A DNA stretch of 64,000 nucleotides from Bacilli bacterium (GCA_050949315.1 JBMNFL010000001.1:826413-890412); one strand, 5' to 3'; positions 11,069 through 20,533 are shown, numbered from the stretch's first letter. A program made the numbers and translations. The notes: a model not told the origin generated them from the sequence alone.

Positions 11069-12804
11069 GTAAGAAACCATACAAAGGATTTAAGCCAAAA
11101 TGGGTTGAAGAAACAGCCGCGGCTGATAGTTATCGTTCAATTTTCCGCTGGGGGGATCCTTCTTTTGTCAGGTATCCAAAAGAAGCTCTCTATAAGTTAA
11201 TGAAGCAAAGATTTAAATTAAGCGATGAAGATTTTAAACATTATCATGGGGATATTGGCTTTGATAAAGTTAGTTTAAATATTCCTTCAAAACTTTCAGT
11301 AGATGACTTTAAAAGCCTAGAAAGCATTGTTGGCAAAGGTTTTGTAAGTATAAGTGATTATGATCGCTTAGCCGTTGCTTATGGCAAAACCGCTTATGAT
11401 GCTATGCGTTTGAGAGAAAAGATATATGAGAATCTACCGGATGCTGTTGTCTATCCCGATGATAGCGAACAAATTCAAAAAGTAGTCGATTTTTGCATAC
11501 AAAAAGACATTCCATTATATGTTTATGGTGGTGGTAGTAGCGTTACTAGAGGGGTAGAACCAGTAAAGGGTGGTATAAGCCTTGATTTACGGAGACGCTT
11601 TAATAAAGTTTTGGCTTTTAACGAGATTGATCAAACAATTACCGTTCAAGCCGGAATGTCAGGGCCCATTTTAGAAAAAGCTTTAAATGAAGCTGTTAAG
11701 AATTTTAAGGCCAAGCGAGCCTATACTTGTGGTCACTTCCCGCAATCCTTTGAATATAGTGCAGTTGGTGGCTGGGTGGTAACCAGAGGGGCTGGGCAAA
11801 ATTCCACTTATTATGGCAAGATTGAAGATATCGTTCTTTCTCAAAAATATGCGACACCAATTGGAACTATTCAGACTTCACATTATCCAAGGGAGGCCAC
11901 AGGACCTTCTATTAATCAAATTATGATGGGTAGTGAAGGGACTTTTGGTGTTCTTACCGAAGTAACTTTACGCGTTTTCCGCTTCATGCCCCAAAACCGT
12001 GTCCGCTTTTCTTATATCTTCCACGATTGGGAAAGTGCTCAAGAAGCGGCTAGGGAAATGATGCAAGCCGAAGCTGGCTTTGCCTCAGTTTTCCGCTTAT
12101 CAGATCCAGAAGAAACTAATCTAATGTTATCTTTATATAACGTCGATGAAACACCTTTAAGGCATCTTTTCAAATTAAGATCTTATAAAGACATGGAGAG
12201 ATGTTTATTCCTTGGTTTCACCGATGGTGAGAAAGGCTTCGCAAAAAATGTGGCGCGGAAAATTCGCAAGATCGCTCATCAATATGGTGGCATGAGTTTA
12301 ACAGGCTTTGTTTGTTCGGCTTGGGAAAAGGGCCGCTTCACGGATCCTTATTTACGAGATACGATGTTGGATTTTGGTATTGTTACAGATACCTTAGAAT
12401 GCTCAGTTAATTGGTCAAATATGCATCGAGTTTGGCGTGATGTGCGAGAGGTTTGTCATGCCTTGCCTAACACGGTTGTAACCACACACATGTCTCACTG
12501 TTATCCACAGGGGGCCAATCTTTATTTCATCTTTATCACCAAAATGGATAAAGCTGAAGAATTTAAACGTTATCACACAACTATTCTTGATGCTATTCAA
12601 AGATCAGGGGCCGCTATTAGTCATCACCATGGAGTTGGTAAGATGTTTGGACCATGGTTAGAAGGATATCTAGGAACTAAAGAATTCAATATGATTAAGG
12701 TTCTAAAAGAATATTTTGATCCTAAGTATCTCTTGAATCCTGGCGGAACATTAGGTCTAGATTTACCTGAAAAAGAGAAGAAATTTTTAAAAGAACACGA
12801 CTGA
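11065..12804 (+). CDS. FAD-linked oxidase (GlcD/alkyl-DHAP-synthase family)
   Basis: PCMH-type FAD-binding segment VVYPDDSEQIQKVVDFCIQKDIPLYVYGGGSSVTRG. RBS AAGGGTGG. Start overlaps the upstream stop. Confidence 0.75.
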   Translation: MSKKPYKGFKPKWVEETAAADSYRSIFRWGDPSFVRYPKEALYKLMKQRFKLSDEDFKHYHGDIGFDKVSLNIPSKLSVDDFKSLESIVGKGFVSISDYDRLAVAYGKTAYDAMRLREKIYENLPDAVVYPDDSEQIQKVVDFCIQKDIPLYVYGGGSSVTRGVEPVKGGISLDLRRRFNKVLAFNEIDQTITVQAGMSGPILEKALNEAVKNFKAKRAYTCGHFPQSFEYSAVGGWVVTRGAGQNSTYYGKIEDIVLSQKYATPIGTIQTSHYPREATGPSINQIMMGSEGTFGVLTEVTLRVFRFMPQNRVRFSYIFHDWESAQEAAREMMQAEAGFASVFRLSDPEETNLMLSLYNVDETPLRHLFKLRSYKDMERCLFLGFTDGEKGFAKNVARKIRKIAHQYGGMSLTGFVCSAWEKGRFTDPYLRDTMLDFGIVTDTLECSVNWSNMHRVWRDVREVCHALPNTVVTTHMSHCYPQGANLYFIFITKMDKAEEFKRYHTTILDAIQRSGAAISHHHGVGKMFGPWLEGYLGTKEFNMIKVLKEYFDPKYLLNPGGTLGLDLPEKEKKFLKEHD

Positions 12805-12824
12805 TAGATAATATTTAAAAACAG

Positions 12825-12856
12825 TTGCAGAAACCAAATTAATATGTTAGTATAAT
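12825..12856 (+). promoter_or_regulatory. Putative sigma70 promoter upstream of rpmE (TTGCAG-20-TATAAT)
   Basis: Good -10 hexamer; the spacer is long, so the call is tentative. Confidence 0.35.
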
Positions 12857-12912
12857 CCAGCAACTTACTTTGGACACAATAGCTGTTCAAGGCGGAAGGA
12901 GGACCAAGGTTT

Positions 12913-13134
12913 ATGAAAGAGAAAATCCATCCCAAGTATACAAAAGTGAAGGTTGTTTGTACTTCTTGTGGTACGGAGTTTGAGACAGGCTCAACCCTTA
13001 ATAGGGATATTCGAGTTGATACTTGTTCAAATTGCCATCCTTTTTATACAGGCAAGCAACGTTTTGGCCATATTGCTGGTCGGGCCGAGACCTTTATGAA
13101 GAAGTACGGTATTAAACAAGAAGAAGAAAAATAA
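12913..13134 (+). CDS. rpmE: 50S ribosomal protein L31 (Zn-ribbon type)
   Basis: MKEKIHPKY... with CxxC...CxxC. RBS GGAAGGAGG. Confidence 0.9.
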   Translation: MKEKIHPKYTKVKVVCTSCGTEFETGSTLNRDIRVDTCSNCHPFYTGKQRFGHIAGRAETFMKKYGIKQEEEK

Positions 13135-13140
13135 GAAATT

Positions 13141-13169
13141 AACGTCCAGTTTAGTGGGCGTTTTTCTTT
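13141..13169 (+). terminator. Intrinsic terminator after rpmE
   Basis: AACGTCCA/TGGGCGTT stem (one G-U) with a 6-nt loop, followed by TTTTTCTTT. Confidence 0.55.
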
Positions 13170-13171
13170 AA

Positions 13172-13200
13172 TTGAAGAAGCCTAAATGACATGTTATAAT
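13172..13200 (+). promoter_or_regulatory. sigma70 promoter with extended -10 (TTGAAG-17-TGtTATAAT)
   Basis: Near-consensus hexamers with a 17-bp spacer, 21 nt upstream of ATG 13222. Confidence 0.7.
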
Positions 13201-13221
13201 AAGACCGACCGGAGGTAGTTT

Positions 13222-14175
13222 ATGCGCGATAAAATCCTTTTAGCACTCGTTGTTCCCTGTTATAACGAAGAAGATGTTTTGAAAGAAACCAACTATCGTT
13301 TAACCAGTTTACTCGTAGAAATGATCCAAGAGCAACTTATCCAAGCAAGCTCTTATATTTTGTACGTGGATGATGGTAGTAAAGATAAAACCTGGGAAAT
13401 GATAAAAGATTTCTATAAGCAAAGCGAAATGGTACAAGGGGTTAAATTATCGCGAAACAGAGGACATCAAAATGCCCTTCTAGCTGGTCTATTTACCGCC
13501 TTAAATAACTGCGACGCGGCTATTTCCATTGATGCTGATTTACAAGATGATATTAGAGTCATAAAAGAAATGGTATCTCGTTATCGCCAAGGTGATGAAA
13601 TTGTTCTTGGGGTTCGCGATAATCGTGATAATGATAGCATCATTAAAAGAGGTACCGCTGAAGCTTTCTACAAGGTCATGAAGAAGCTAGGTACAAATAC
13701 AATCAAAGATCATGCAGATTTTCGTTTGTTAAGCAACCGTGCTTTACAAGAACTTAAAAACTATAACGAAGTTAACCTTTTCCTTCGGGGTTTAATTTTA
13801 GAACTAGGATTCCCTACTAGTTGCGTGTACTATCAACGGCAGTCACGTATGGCAGGAGTAACTAAATATTCATTATTTAGAATGCTTAATCTTGCTTTGG
13901 CAGGGATCACGTCTTTTACTATCCGACCAATTCGTTTAATTTTCATTTTTGGTTTTATTTTTTCAATACTTAGCCTAGGTTTTGCCGTGGGTATTGCCAT
14001 TGCCGCCATTTGTGGCGCATTTATTGGTTGGTTACCAATTATTTATATTACGCTTTGGTTTCTTACTGGCCTAATTTTAATGGCTATTGGTATTATTGGC
14101 GAATATATTGGTCGTAATTATTTCGAGACAAAGAGAAGACCACGTTATATAATCGAAGAGAGATTAATTCATTAG
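13222..14175 (+). CDS. Family-2 glycosyltransferase (GtrB/CsbB-like polyprenyl-phosphate sugar transferase) with C-terminal TM helices
   Basis: VVPCYNEE...YVDDGSKDKT and a DxD region. Two C-terminal hydrophobic segments. RBS GGAGG. Confidence 0.8.
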   Translation: MRDKILLALVVPCYNEEDVLKETNYRLTSLLVEMIQEQLIQASSYILYVDDGSKDKTWEMIKDFYKQSEMVQGVKLSRNRGHQNALLAGLFTALNNCDAAISIDADLQDDIRVIKEMVSRYRQGDEIVLGVRDNRDNDSIIKRGTAEAFYKVMKKLGTNTIKDHADFRLLSNRALQELKNYNEVNLFLRGLILELGFPTSCVYYQRQSRMAGVTKYSLFRMLNLALAGITSFTIRPIRLIFIFGFIFSILSLGFAVGIAIAAICGAFIGWLPIIYITLWFLTGLILMAIGIIGEYIGRNYFETKRRPRYIIEERLIH

Positions 14176-14177
14176 AT

Positions 14178-14254
14178 CGGGACGTAGCGCAGCTTGGTAG
14201 CGCACTTCCTTGGGGTGGAAGGGGTCGCGAGTTCAAATCCCGCCGTTCCGACCA
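14178..14254 (+). tRNA. tRNA-Pro (anticodon GGG)
   Basis: Manual cloverleaf fold:
- 7-bp acceptor CGGGACG/CGTTCCG (one G-U);
- D-stem GCGC;
- anticodon stem CTTCC/GGAAG with loop TTGGGGT and G37;
- T-arm GCGAG-TTCAAAT-CCCGC (one A-C mismatch);
- discriminator A and encoded CCA.
Starts 3 nt after the GT2 stop. Confidence 0.75.
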
Positions 14255-14262
14255 TTGTAATG

Positions 14263-14296
14263 AAAAGTCCAGTTTATCTGGGCTTTTTGTTTTTTG
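14263..14296 (+). terminator. Intrinsic terminator after tRNA-Pro(GGG)
   Basis: AAAGTCCAG/CTGGGCTTT stem (one mismatch) followed by a T-run. Confidence 0.65.
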
Positions 14297-14314
14297 GCGG
14301 CATATTTTTTCTTT

Positions 14315-14343
14315 ATTGGCACTAAAGAGGTAAAAGTTTATAA
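14315..14343 (+). promoter_or_regulatory. sigma70 promoter (TTGGCA-17-TATAAT)
   Basis: Near-consensus promoter 26 nt upstream of the AGGAAGG RBS / ATG 14369. Confidence 0.7.
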
Positions 14344-14368
14344 TTAACTAGGAAGGATTTTATGGTTT

Positions 14369-15958
14369 ATGAAGTTTAGAAAAATTTTATGTATTTTAAC
14401 ATTTCTCATATTATTAACTGGTTGTGGCCCGATTTTTAGTAGTTATAGTAGTAGTTCAACAAGTAGTGTTTCCACTACTTCTAGTTCTTTATCTTCTACC
14501 AGTTCCAGCGTCAATAATAAAACCTTAACAATTTATGCTATTAACGATTTTCATGGAGCCGTTAAAGAAGCGAATATTGTTAGATTAGGCTCCTATTTGA
14601 AAGAAAAGAAGCAGAGTGAAGATGCCTTACTAATAAACTCTGGTGATTATTGGCAAGGTTCTATCGAATCTAATCATAATCGTGGGAAACTATTGACCGA
14701 TGTTTCTAATTATGTCCAATTTGATTGTTTAACTTTAGGCAATCATGAGTTTGATTGGGGTCAAAAATATATTCGCGAAAATAGATTGCGCAAGGATGAG
14801 GAAAGTTTTTATCAAACACCATTTTTAGCAGCCAATATTTATCGTTATGATTTAGCAACTAAGACCATAGGCGAATATGCTGATCTAGGAGAAAAATATG
14901 TAATAAGGGAACTAAATAATGGTTTAAAAGTAGGGATTATTGGTGTAATTGGTTCTAATCTAACAGCTTCGATAACTTCAACCCATGTTGATGATTTAAT
15001 CTTTGTTGATCCAGTAAATACTATCAAAGAACTATCCGATGAGTTAAGAGTCCAAAAGAGTTGTGATGTTGTTATTGCCAGTTGTCACTGTGATGAAGAT
15101 GATATCAGTGAAGAGTTAACCTTGAAGAGTTCAGTTAGTAATAGACGTTATGTGGATGCTGTATTTTGTGGACATAGTCATCAGGATGAATACAAAGTTG
15201 TTAATGATGTTCCTTATATCCAAACCAATGGTTATGGCAGTTCAATCAGTTATATTAAATTAGAAGAGAAAAGTGATAATAGTTTCCAAACTATTAATTG
15301 TTATAACATCGTTCCCGAAGATTTAATAGTTAATGAAGACGTTAAACTAAAAACACTAGTAAAAAATTATACAGATGTAAGCGATAGTTTAGCTAGTGAA
15401 GTATTATGTACGTTCAGTGGCGGTTTTCACTATTTAGAACAACTACCAAATCTTGTTTGCACAGCTTTGGCTTACTATGCGGTTAAGAATGATATAAGTG
15501 TTGATTATACTATGGTTAATCGTTCGCGTTGTAGTTTGGCTAATCGAAGTATTACGTATGGTGATTTATATCGAGCCCTACCTTTTGATAATGAGGTTCA
15601 GATAGTTGAGGTCTTAGGTCAAGATTTACTTAATTGTGCTAGAAGTAATAATATCTATCGTTTCAATCCCGAGGCTATTAATAAGAGTCAAGTTTATAAA
15701 ATAGCGGTTATTGATTATTTATCTACTCATCGTAATTCAAATCGCGAATATGATAATTTTCCTAATTTAAAAATTATTGGTAGTTTCACTAAAGAAGGAG
15801 AAGATCTTTATAATTATCGCGATATAACAGCCGATTTCTTAAGAAACTTTAGAGAGGAAACTTTAGACAGCAGCTCCTTCAATTCAGATTCAGATTATTA
15901 TAATGTCAACAATTTAGAAAAAAGTGTTGTTTTACCATCCAATCCCTACCTTAGTTAA
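14369..15958 (+). CDS. Lipoprotein 5'-nucleotidase/metallophosphoesterase family protein
   Basis: Signal peptide with lipobox LLTGC followed by a Ser/Thr-rich linker. Calcineurin-like motifs (INDFHG, NSGDYWQGS, GNHEFDWG, CGHSH) and a 5'-nucleotidase C-terminal domain. Confidence 0.8.
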   Translation: MKFRKILCILTFLILLTGCGPIFSSYSSSSTSSVSTTSSSLSSTSSSVNNKTLTIYAINDFHGAVKEANIVRLGSYLKEKKQSEDALLINSGDYWQGSIESNHNRGKLLTDVSNYVQFDCLTLGNHEFDWGQKYIRENRLRKDEESFYQTPFLAANIYRYDLATKTIGEYADLGEKYVIRELNNGLKVGIIGVIGSNLTASITSTHVDDLIFVDPVNTIKELSDELRVQKSCDVVIASCHCDEDDISEELTLKSSVSNRRYVDAVFCGHSHQDEYKVVNDVPYIQTNGYGSSISYIKLEEKSDNSFQTINCYNIVPEDLIVNEDVKLKTLVKNYTDVSDSLASEVLCTFSGGFHYLEQLPNLVCTALAYYAVKNDISVDYTMVNRSRCSLANRSITYGDLYRALPFDNEVQIVEVLGQDLLNCARSNNIYRFNPEAINKSQVYKIAVIDYLSTHRNSNREYDNFPNLKIIGSFTKEGEDLYNYRDITADFLRNFREETLDSSSFNSDSDYYNVNNLEKSVVLPSNPYLS

Positions 15959-16018
15959 ATATTGATTAAATTTTAAAAGATGATAAAATGATTAAGAATA
16001 GTTAAAGGAGAAGAAAAA

Positions 16019-16270
16019 ATGCTTGAATATAAATTTGATACCCAGTTATTAATTGCCGGGGATAATTTGTCGGAAGACGAAATCTTTGATTGGATTACCG
16101 CCAATATTGAGGGCGATTGCCTTTTAGCAGTTGGTGATGAAGAATTGATTAAAATTCATTTTCACACCAATACTCCTTGGCGCGTCTTAGAATATGCGGC
16201 ATCGTTAGGCGAAATCTACGATATTGTTGTTGAAAACATGGAAAGACAAGCCAGCGGATTAAAGGGGTAA
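16019..16270 (+). CDS. Small protein resembling the C-terminal segment of DAK2-fusion (YloV-like) proteins; possible gene remnant
   Basis: RBS AAAGGAG. The ...IHFHTNTPWRVLEYAASLGEIYDIVVENM... segment recalls YloV-family C-termini. Only 83 aa. Confidence 0.4.
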   Translation: MLEYKFDTQLLIAGDNLSEDEIFDWITANIEGDCLLAVGDEELIKIHFHTNTPWRVLEYAASLGEIYDIVVENMERQASGLKG

Positions 16271-16285
16271 TAACAAGTAGAAAAT

Positions 16286-16315
16286 AAAAGTCCATCTGGA
16301 CTTTTTCTTTTTAAA
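16286..16315 (+). terminator. Intrinsic terminator
   Basis: AAAGTCC-atct-GGACTTT followed by TTTCTTTTT. Confidence 0.65.
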
Positions 16316-16400
16316 AAAGTATGGAAAAAGGCTAGGAATAATTAAATCGACCCTTTATTTAAAAATCAAAATTAAGATATATCAGAAGCTTTCTCAAAGT

Positions 16401-16462
16401 GTAACATATGTCTTGATAGTTGAGGTCAAAAAAATGTAATAATTTTCAACATATGTTGAAAA
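16401..16462. promoter_or_regulatory. Paired palindromic operator-like sites (GTAACATATGTCTTG and the perfect 20-bp palindrome TTTTCAACATATGTTGAAAA)
   Basis: Two ACATATGT-core palindromes 45 bp apart. They overlap the 5' end and start region of the DUF523-fusion gene. Confidence 0.45.
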
Positions 16463-17571
16463 AACCAAGCCTTCTTAATATAATAAAAAGTATGATAAAA
16501 GCGAAATATTTAGTCAGTGCCTGCTTAGCAGGAAGCAAATGCCGTTACGATGGCAAAAGCAATTATAACAAACGAGTAGCCACCCTTGTTAAAGAGGGCT
16601 TCGGTCTTTTAATTTGCCCTGAAGTTATGGGAGGTTTAAGCATCCCGCGGGTTTGTTGTGAACAACAAGGGAAACGCGTTATTAATAAAGATGGTCTTGA
16701 TAAGACTCTTGAGTTTGAAAAAGGTGCCAAGAAAGTCCTTAAATATGCTAGGCAAAAAGGCATAAAGAAAGCCATTTTAAAAACTAATAGCCCTTCTTGT
16801 GGTATTGAGCAAGTTTATGATGGCAGTTTTAGTCGTAAATTAATCGCTGGGCAAGGTGTTTGTGCCAAACTTTTGGCAGCCAATGGTTTTGAACTCTACA
16901 GTGAAAAAACCAAACCCTATTATGATGTCGTAATTGTGGCGGCTGGTAGTGGAAGGCGAGCGGAATTAGGTTATAACAAAATGTTCTATCACAGTGGTTA
17001 TATGACGGTTATTGAAAGTGCTGTTGAACCTTTTGTCAGTGACTATTTATGCAATCAAGTCATTGTTGTTTGTCAACCCGAAGAACGCGTTTTCTTTACT
17101 TCTTTACTACCCTTTGAAAAGGTTAAATATGCCGATGGTGGGGCTTCGCGAGAGGAAAGTGTATATAATGGGGTCAAATTAGTAAAAAGCCCCAATGTTT
17201 TAATTCATGATGGCGCGCGGGCTTATTTAACAGAAAAGCTTGTTGGGCGCTTATTGAAGGAACTTCAAAAAGGACGTTCTTGTATCGTTCCTTACTTAAT
17301 AAAAACTGATGATCAAAAAGATTATATAAGCGAAGGTAAAGCCATTCAAACACCACAAGCTTTTAAAACGGGGAAACTCTTAAAAGTTTTAGAAAAAGCC
17401 AAGGATAATTTGGCCGATTATCGTGATGAAAGCAGTATTGTTAAGGCGTATAGTCGCATGAAAGTAAATTATATTATCGGCGAGGAAAGCAATTTGAAAT
17501 TGACCGATAAAGAAGATTTAGTAAAATGGGCGGAATGGCAACGCGAAGAGGAAAGAAAAAGTGAAGATTAG
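16420..17571 (+). CDS. Fusion protein: DUF523 (TudS-like [4Fe-4S] thiouracil desulfidase family) + IspD/MobA-like nucleotidyltransferase (cytidylyltransferase) domain
   Basis: N-terminal KYLVSACLAGSKCRYDG, CPEVMGG and PSCG cysteine motifs of DUF523. C-terminal VVIVAAGSGRRAELGYNKMFY... glycosyltransferase-A/IspD-like fold. The true start is uncertain (TTG 16420, ATG 16453 or ATG 16492) and none has a strong RBS. Confidence 0.65.
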   Translation: MRSKKCNNFQHMLKKPSLLNIIKSMIKAKYLVSACLAGSKCRYDGKSNYNKRVATLVKEGFGLLICPEVMGGLSIPRVCCEQQGKRVINKDGLDKTLEFEKGAKKVLKYARQKGIKKAILKTNSPSCGIEQVYDGSFSRKLIAGQGVCAKLLAANGFELYSEKTKPYYDVVIVAAGSGRRAELGYNKMFYHSGYMTVIESAVEPFVSDYLCNQVIVVCQPEERVFFTSLLPFEKVKYADGGASREESVYNGVKLVKSPNVLIHDGARAYLTEKLVGRLLKELQKGRSCIVPYLIKTDDQKDYISEGKAIQTPQAFKTGKLLKVLEKAKDNLADYRDESSIVKAYSRMKVNYIIGEESNLKLTDKEDLVKWAEWQREEERKSED

Positions 17572-18490
17572 AGTTAGTAAAGAAGTTCAAAAGGCTTTAG
17601 ATACTAAGAGTCCCATCGTTGCTTTAGAATCAACGATTATTTCGCATGGTATGCCTTATCCCGAAAATATTAAAACGGCCCTAAAGGTGGAAGAAGAAAT
17701 TAGAAAAAATGGCGCAATTCCAGCAACTATTGCTGTTTTAGATGGCGAATGCGTAATTGGTCTTAGTTCTAAAGAAATAAAAGCCTTTGGTCAAAGAAAG
17801 GATCTTTTAAAGGTTAGCCGTCGAGATTTAGCCTATGTCGTAGCCAAAAAATTAAGTGGGGGAACAACGGTAGCTGCCACTTTATTTTTAGCCGAAAAAG
17901 TGGGCATTAAAGTGTTTGTAACGGGAGGCATTGGCGGAGTTCATCGTGGTGCCCAAACAAGTTTTGATATCTCAGCCGATTTAGATGAATTGGCTAACAG
18001 TTCACTGACTCTTATTTGTGCGGGAGCTAAAGCCATTTTAGATTTACCCTTAACTTTGGAATATTTAGAGACAAAAGGTGTCGCGGTTTATGGTTATAAA
18101 ACAACTAAACTTCCGGCTTTTTATAGTTCAGATAGTCCTTACAAGGTTGATTATAAACTGGATAGTCCTGAAGAAATCGCCTTGGTAATGGCAAGTAAAG
18201 AAGCTTTAAAGATTAAGGGCGGACTTTTAATTGCTAATCCTTTACCAGATGCTTATTCCTGTGACTATGAAGAGATGGAAAGATATATTAAAAAGGCTTT
18301 GGTGAGTTTAGAAAAAGAAGGGATTTATGGTAAAGAAACAACACCCTATCTTTTAACTAAAATAGCCGAGTTAAGTGGTGGTAAGAGTTTAGAAAGCAAT
18401 ATTGCTTTAATTATCAATAATGCCCAGTTAGGCGCCAAGATTGCTTGTGCCTACTTTAAATTACAGAAAGAAGGTGACCACGATGGTTAG
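17561..18490 (+). CDS. psuG: Pseudouridine-5'-phosphate glycosidase
   Basis: Strong similarity to the indigoidine-synthase-A-like PsuG family (ALESTIISHGMPYP..., GGIGGVHRG). GTG start after RBS GAGGAAAG. Confidence 0.85.
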   Translation: MKIRVSKEVQKALDTKSPIVALESTIISHGMPYPENIKTALKVEEEIRKNGAIPATIAVLDGECVIGLSSKEIKAFGQRKDLLKVSRRDLAYVVAKKLSGGTTVAATLFLAEKVGIKVFVTGGIGGVHRGAQTSFDISADLDELANSSLTLICAGAKAILDLPLTLEYLETKGVAVYGYKTTKLPAFYSSDSPYKVDYKLDSPEEIALVMASKEALKIKGGLLIANPLPDAYSCDYEEMERYIKKALVSLEKEGIYGKETTPYLLTKIAELSGGKSLESNIALIINNAQLGAKIACAYFKLQKEGDHDG

Positions 18491-19007
18491 AGTTCGTTCT
18501 AATATCCTTTTTAAGGATTATGTGAATTACGTTTTTATGGCTTTAAAAAAGAAAAAAATCATTTTAGTTGCGATGATTGTTTGCGCTGCTGCCATAGTTT
18601 TTTTGGCCATCAATTTAATTATTAATGCGACAAAAGGCAATTTGCAATTTATTAATTATTTACCTTTATTTGTTATTGTGGCCTTATTAATCTTTTATTT
18701 TGGTTTATTTTACGGAATGACATCAAAACAATATCGTAGAGGCAAACTTTCTTTCCAAGAAGAGAGCGATTATATCTTTTTGAACAATAAATTCGTAATT
18801 GCTAGAGCGGGAACCGATAGTGGTTATGATATTTTTTATAATTCAATTATTGAAATTATTGAAACTAAGAAACGCCTTTATTTTTTCGTTGCTGACAATA
18901 AATCTTTTATGATAAAAAAAGAAAATTTCATCAGTGGAGACATTGTCAAATTAAGATCCTTGCTTACTGAACAGTGTAAAACAGCTAAGAAACGGTTGAA
19001 AAAGTAG
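18483..19007 (+). CDS. YcxB-like small membrane protein (hypothetical)
   Basis: Two N-terminal TM helices. ATG 18483 follows a GAAGGTGA RBS. Confidence 0.5.
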   Translation: MVRVRSNILFKDYVNYVFMALKKKKIILVAMIVCAAAIVFLAINLIINATKGNLQFINYLPLFVIVALLIFYFGLFYGMTSKQYRRGKLSFQEESDYIFLNNKFVIARAGTDSGYDIFYNSIIEIIETKKRLYFFVADNKSFMIKKENFISGDIVKLRSLLTEQCKTAKKRLKK

Positions 19008-19016
19008 GTGAACTTT

Positions 19017-20096
19017 ATGATTGGGGAAAAGGAAAAAATCTTTTTAGCAGAAATCTTTGTTAAGGACATCAACAATCATTTTCTATTTGATGTTTTAGAA
19101 AACTACATTTTAGCTAAACCCGAAAATGTAGCGCTTATTTCGCAACTTTTTTCCTGTCCAATCGATAAAATTGGAACAAGTCAAGTAATCTACTTACTCA
19201 GTAAAGTCGTAGTTGCCATCCACCGTGCCAATAAGTTAATGATGAGTGCAAATGAAGAAAAGAACGCCTTAAAATCTGAAACATATAAAGAAGAATTAGC
19301 CAGTGAAACAATGGAACAAGCCCGCATTGCCCCTTTAAATTTACAGGGCTTAGAAAACACCAACACTTTCTTAAATGAGCCCTATGTGGCACCCGCCTTT
19401 ATTTATTCTAATATTATTGTTCATGCTATCGTGGACAATCGTGATTTATCTTTAAAGGAAATAAAGAAAAATAAAGTGACCATCAATCTTATTTATGAAG
19501 CTTGTAAATCGGTAATTTCCATTATGGTTTTGTTCCAACTAGGTGCCCATTCCCAAGCGATTACAGTCTATCGCAATCTCTTAGAGCAGATGGTCAAATT
19601 GAAGATCATAGAGTTATATCCTGAAACCCGAGCATCCTATTGCCGTTTTTGTGATTATAATGTCGCCTATCAAAATGGCCGGCCCTCAAAACAGTTTTTA
19701 AAAGAGCTTGAAGAAAAGAAAATTCGTAAAGCCTGGACTCAAAACTTTTTGATGTATGGTTGGTTAGATGCTATCGACACTTACAATCACAACTATAGTT
19801 TTAAGTCAGCGACTGACTTATTTAGCGACGGCCCCAACATTTATAAACTCTATGAATACGCTAGTCGTTTCACTCATTCCATTCACATTGGTTTAGAGTA
19901 TAATTGGGAAAATTTAAAATATTATTTTTTGATCAATACTTTAAGTCTCTTCCGCTTTGTGGCGGACACTTATCGAAAATATACGAAAAATAAAGAAGAA
20001 ATCGTCAATGGTATCAATATTTATGATTTAATGGTTAAAAATGGCGATCGCTTACAAAAAATAGTTTCTTATTTAAGTACAACACAATTCGCTTAA
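19017..20096 (+). CDS. Hypothetical protein
   Basis: ATG 19017 lies 7 nt after an AGGTGA RBS. No recognisable domain. Confidence 0.5.
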   Translation: MIGEKEKIFLAEIFVKDINNHFLFDVLENYILAKPENVALISQLFSCPIDKIGTSQVIYLLSKVVVAIHRANKLMMSANEEKNALKSETYKEELASETMEQARIAPLNLQGLENTNTFLNEPYVAPAFIYSNIIVHAIVDNRDLSLKEIKKNKVTINLIYEACKSVISIMVLFQLGAHSQAITVYRNLLEQMVKLKIIELYPETRASYCRFCDYNVAYQNGRPSKQFLKELEEKKIRKAWTQNFLMYGWLDAIDTYNHNYSFKSATDLFSDGPNIYKLYEYASRFTHSIHIGLEYNWENLKYYFLINTLSLFRFVADTYRKYTKNKEEIVNGINIYDLMVKNGDRLQKIVSYLSTTQFA

Positions 20097-20134
20097 GATA
20101 TGGTACAATGTAAAACGTTGAGGGGTTGAAAGAA

Positions 20135-20533
20135 ATGCGCGACGAAAAAGTTATAGCCATGCAAAAAGTTGATAACGCAAATTTTGAGATGAAAATTTAT
20201 GTCATCAATTTTGGAGCCCCGGTTTACAAAAGAAAATATCGTTATTTACCAACGACAATTGAAGTGGATTATACGCCTTTAAAAGAAGGAAAACGCTTGA
20301 GTTTTTCTATTAGAGGTTGGAGTGAAGACTGTTTTAAAAAGAGAATGCACTTAGGTGGTTATGCGACAGGGACAACATCTTTTCCCTTAAAAAAGCGCTT
20401 TGTCATCAAAGTGCCTTGTGATTTAGTTCATGAAGTTCAGAAAATCATTTTTTTGGTTGAGGTTTATAGCAATTTGATAACACATAAAGGCATCAAAAGA
20501 GAGTTTACAATTCGGCATAAAATAGAAGACTAG
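20135..20533 (+). CDS. Hypothetical protein
   Basis: GAGGGG RBS 9 nt upstream of ATG 20135. TGgTACAAT extended -10 upstream. Confidence 0.45.
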   Translation: MRDEKVIAMQKVDNANFEMKIYVINFGAPVYKRKYRYLPTTIEVDYTPLKEGKRLSFSIRGWSEDCFKKRMHLGGYATGTTSFPLKKRFVIKVPCDLVHEVQKIIFLVEVYSNLITHKGIKREFTIRHKIED

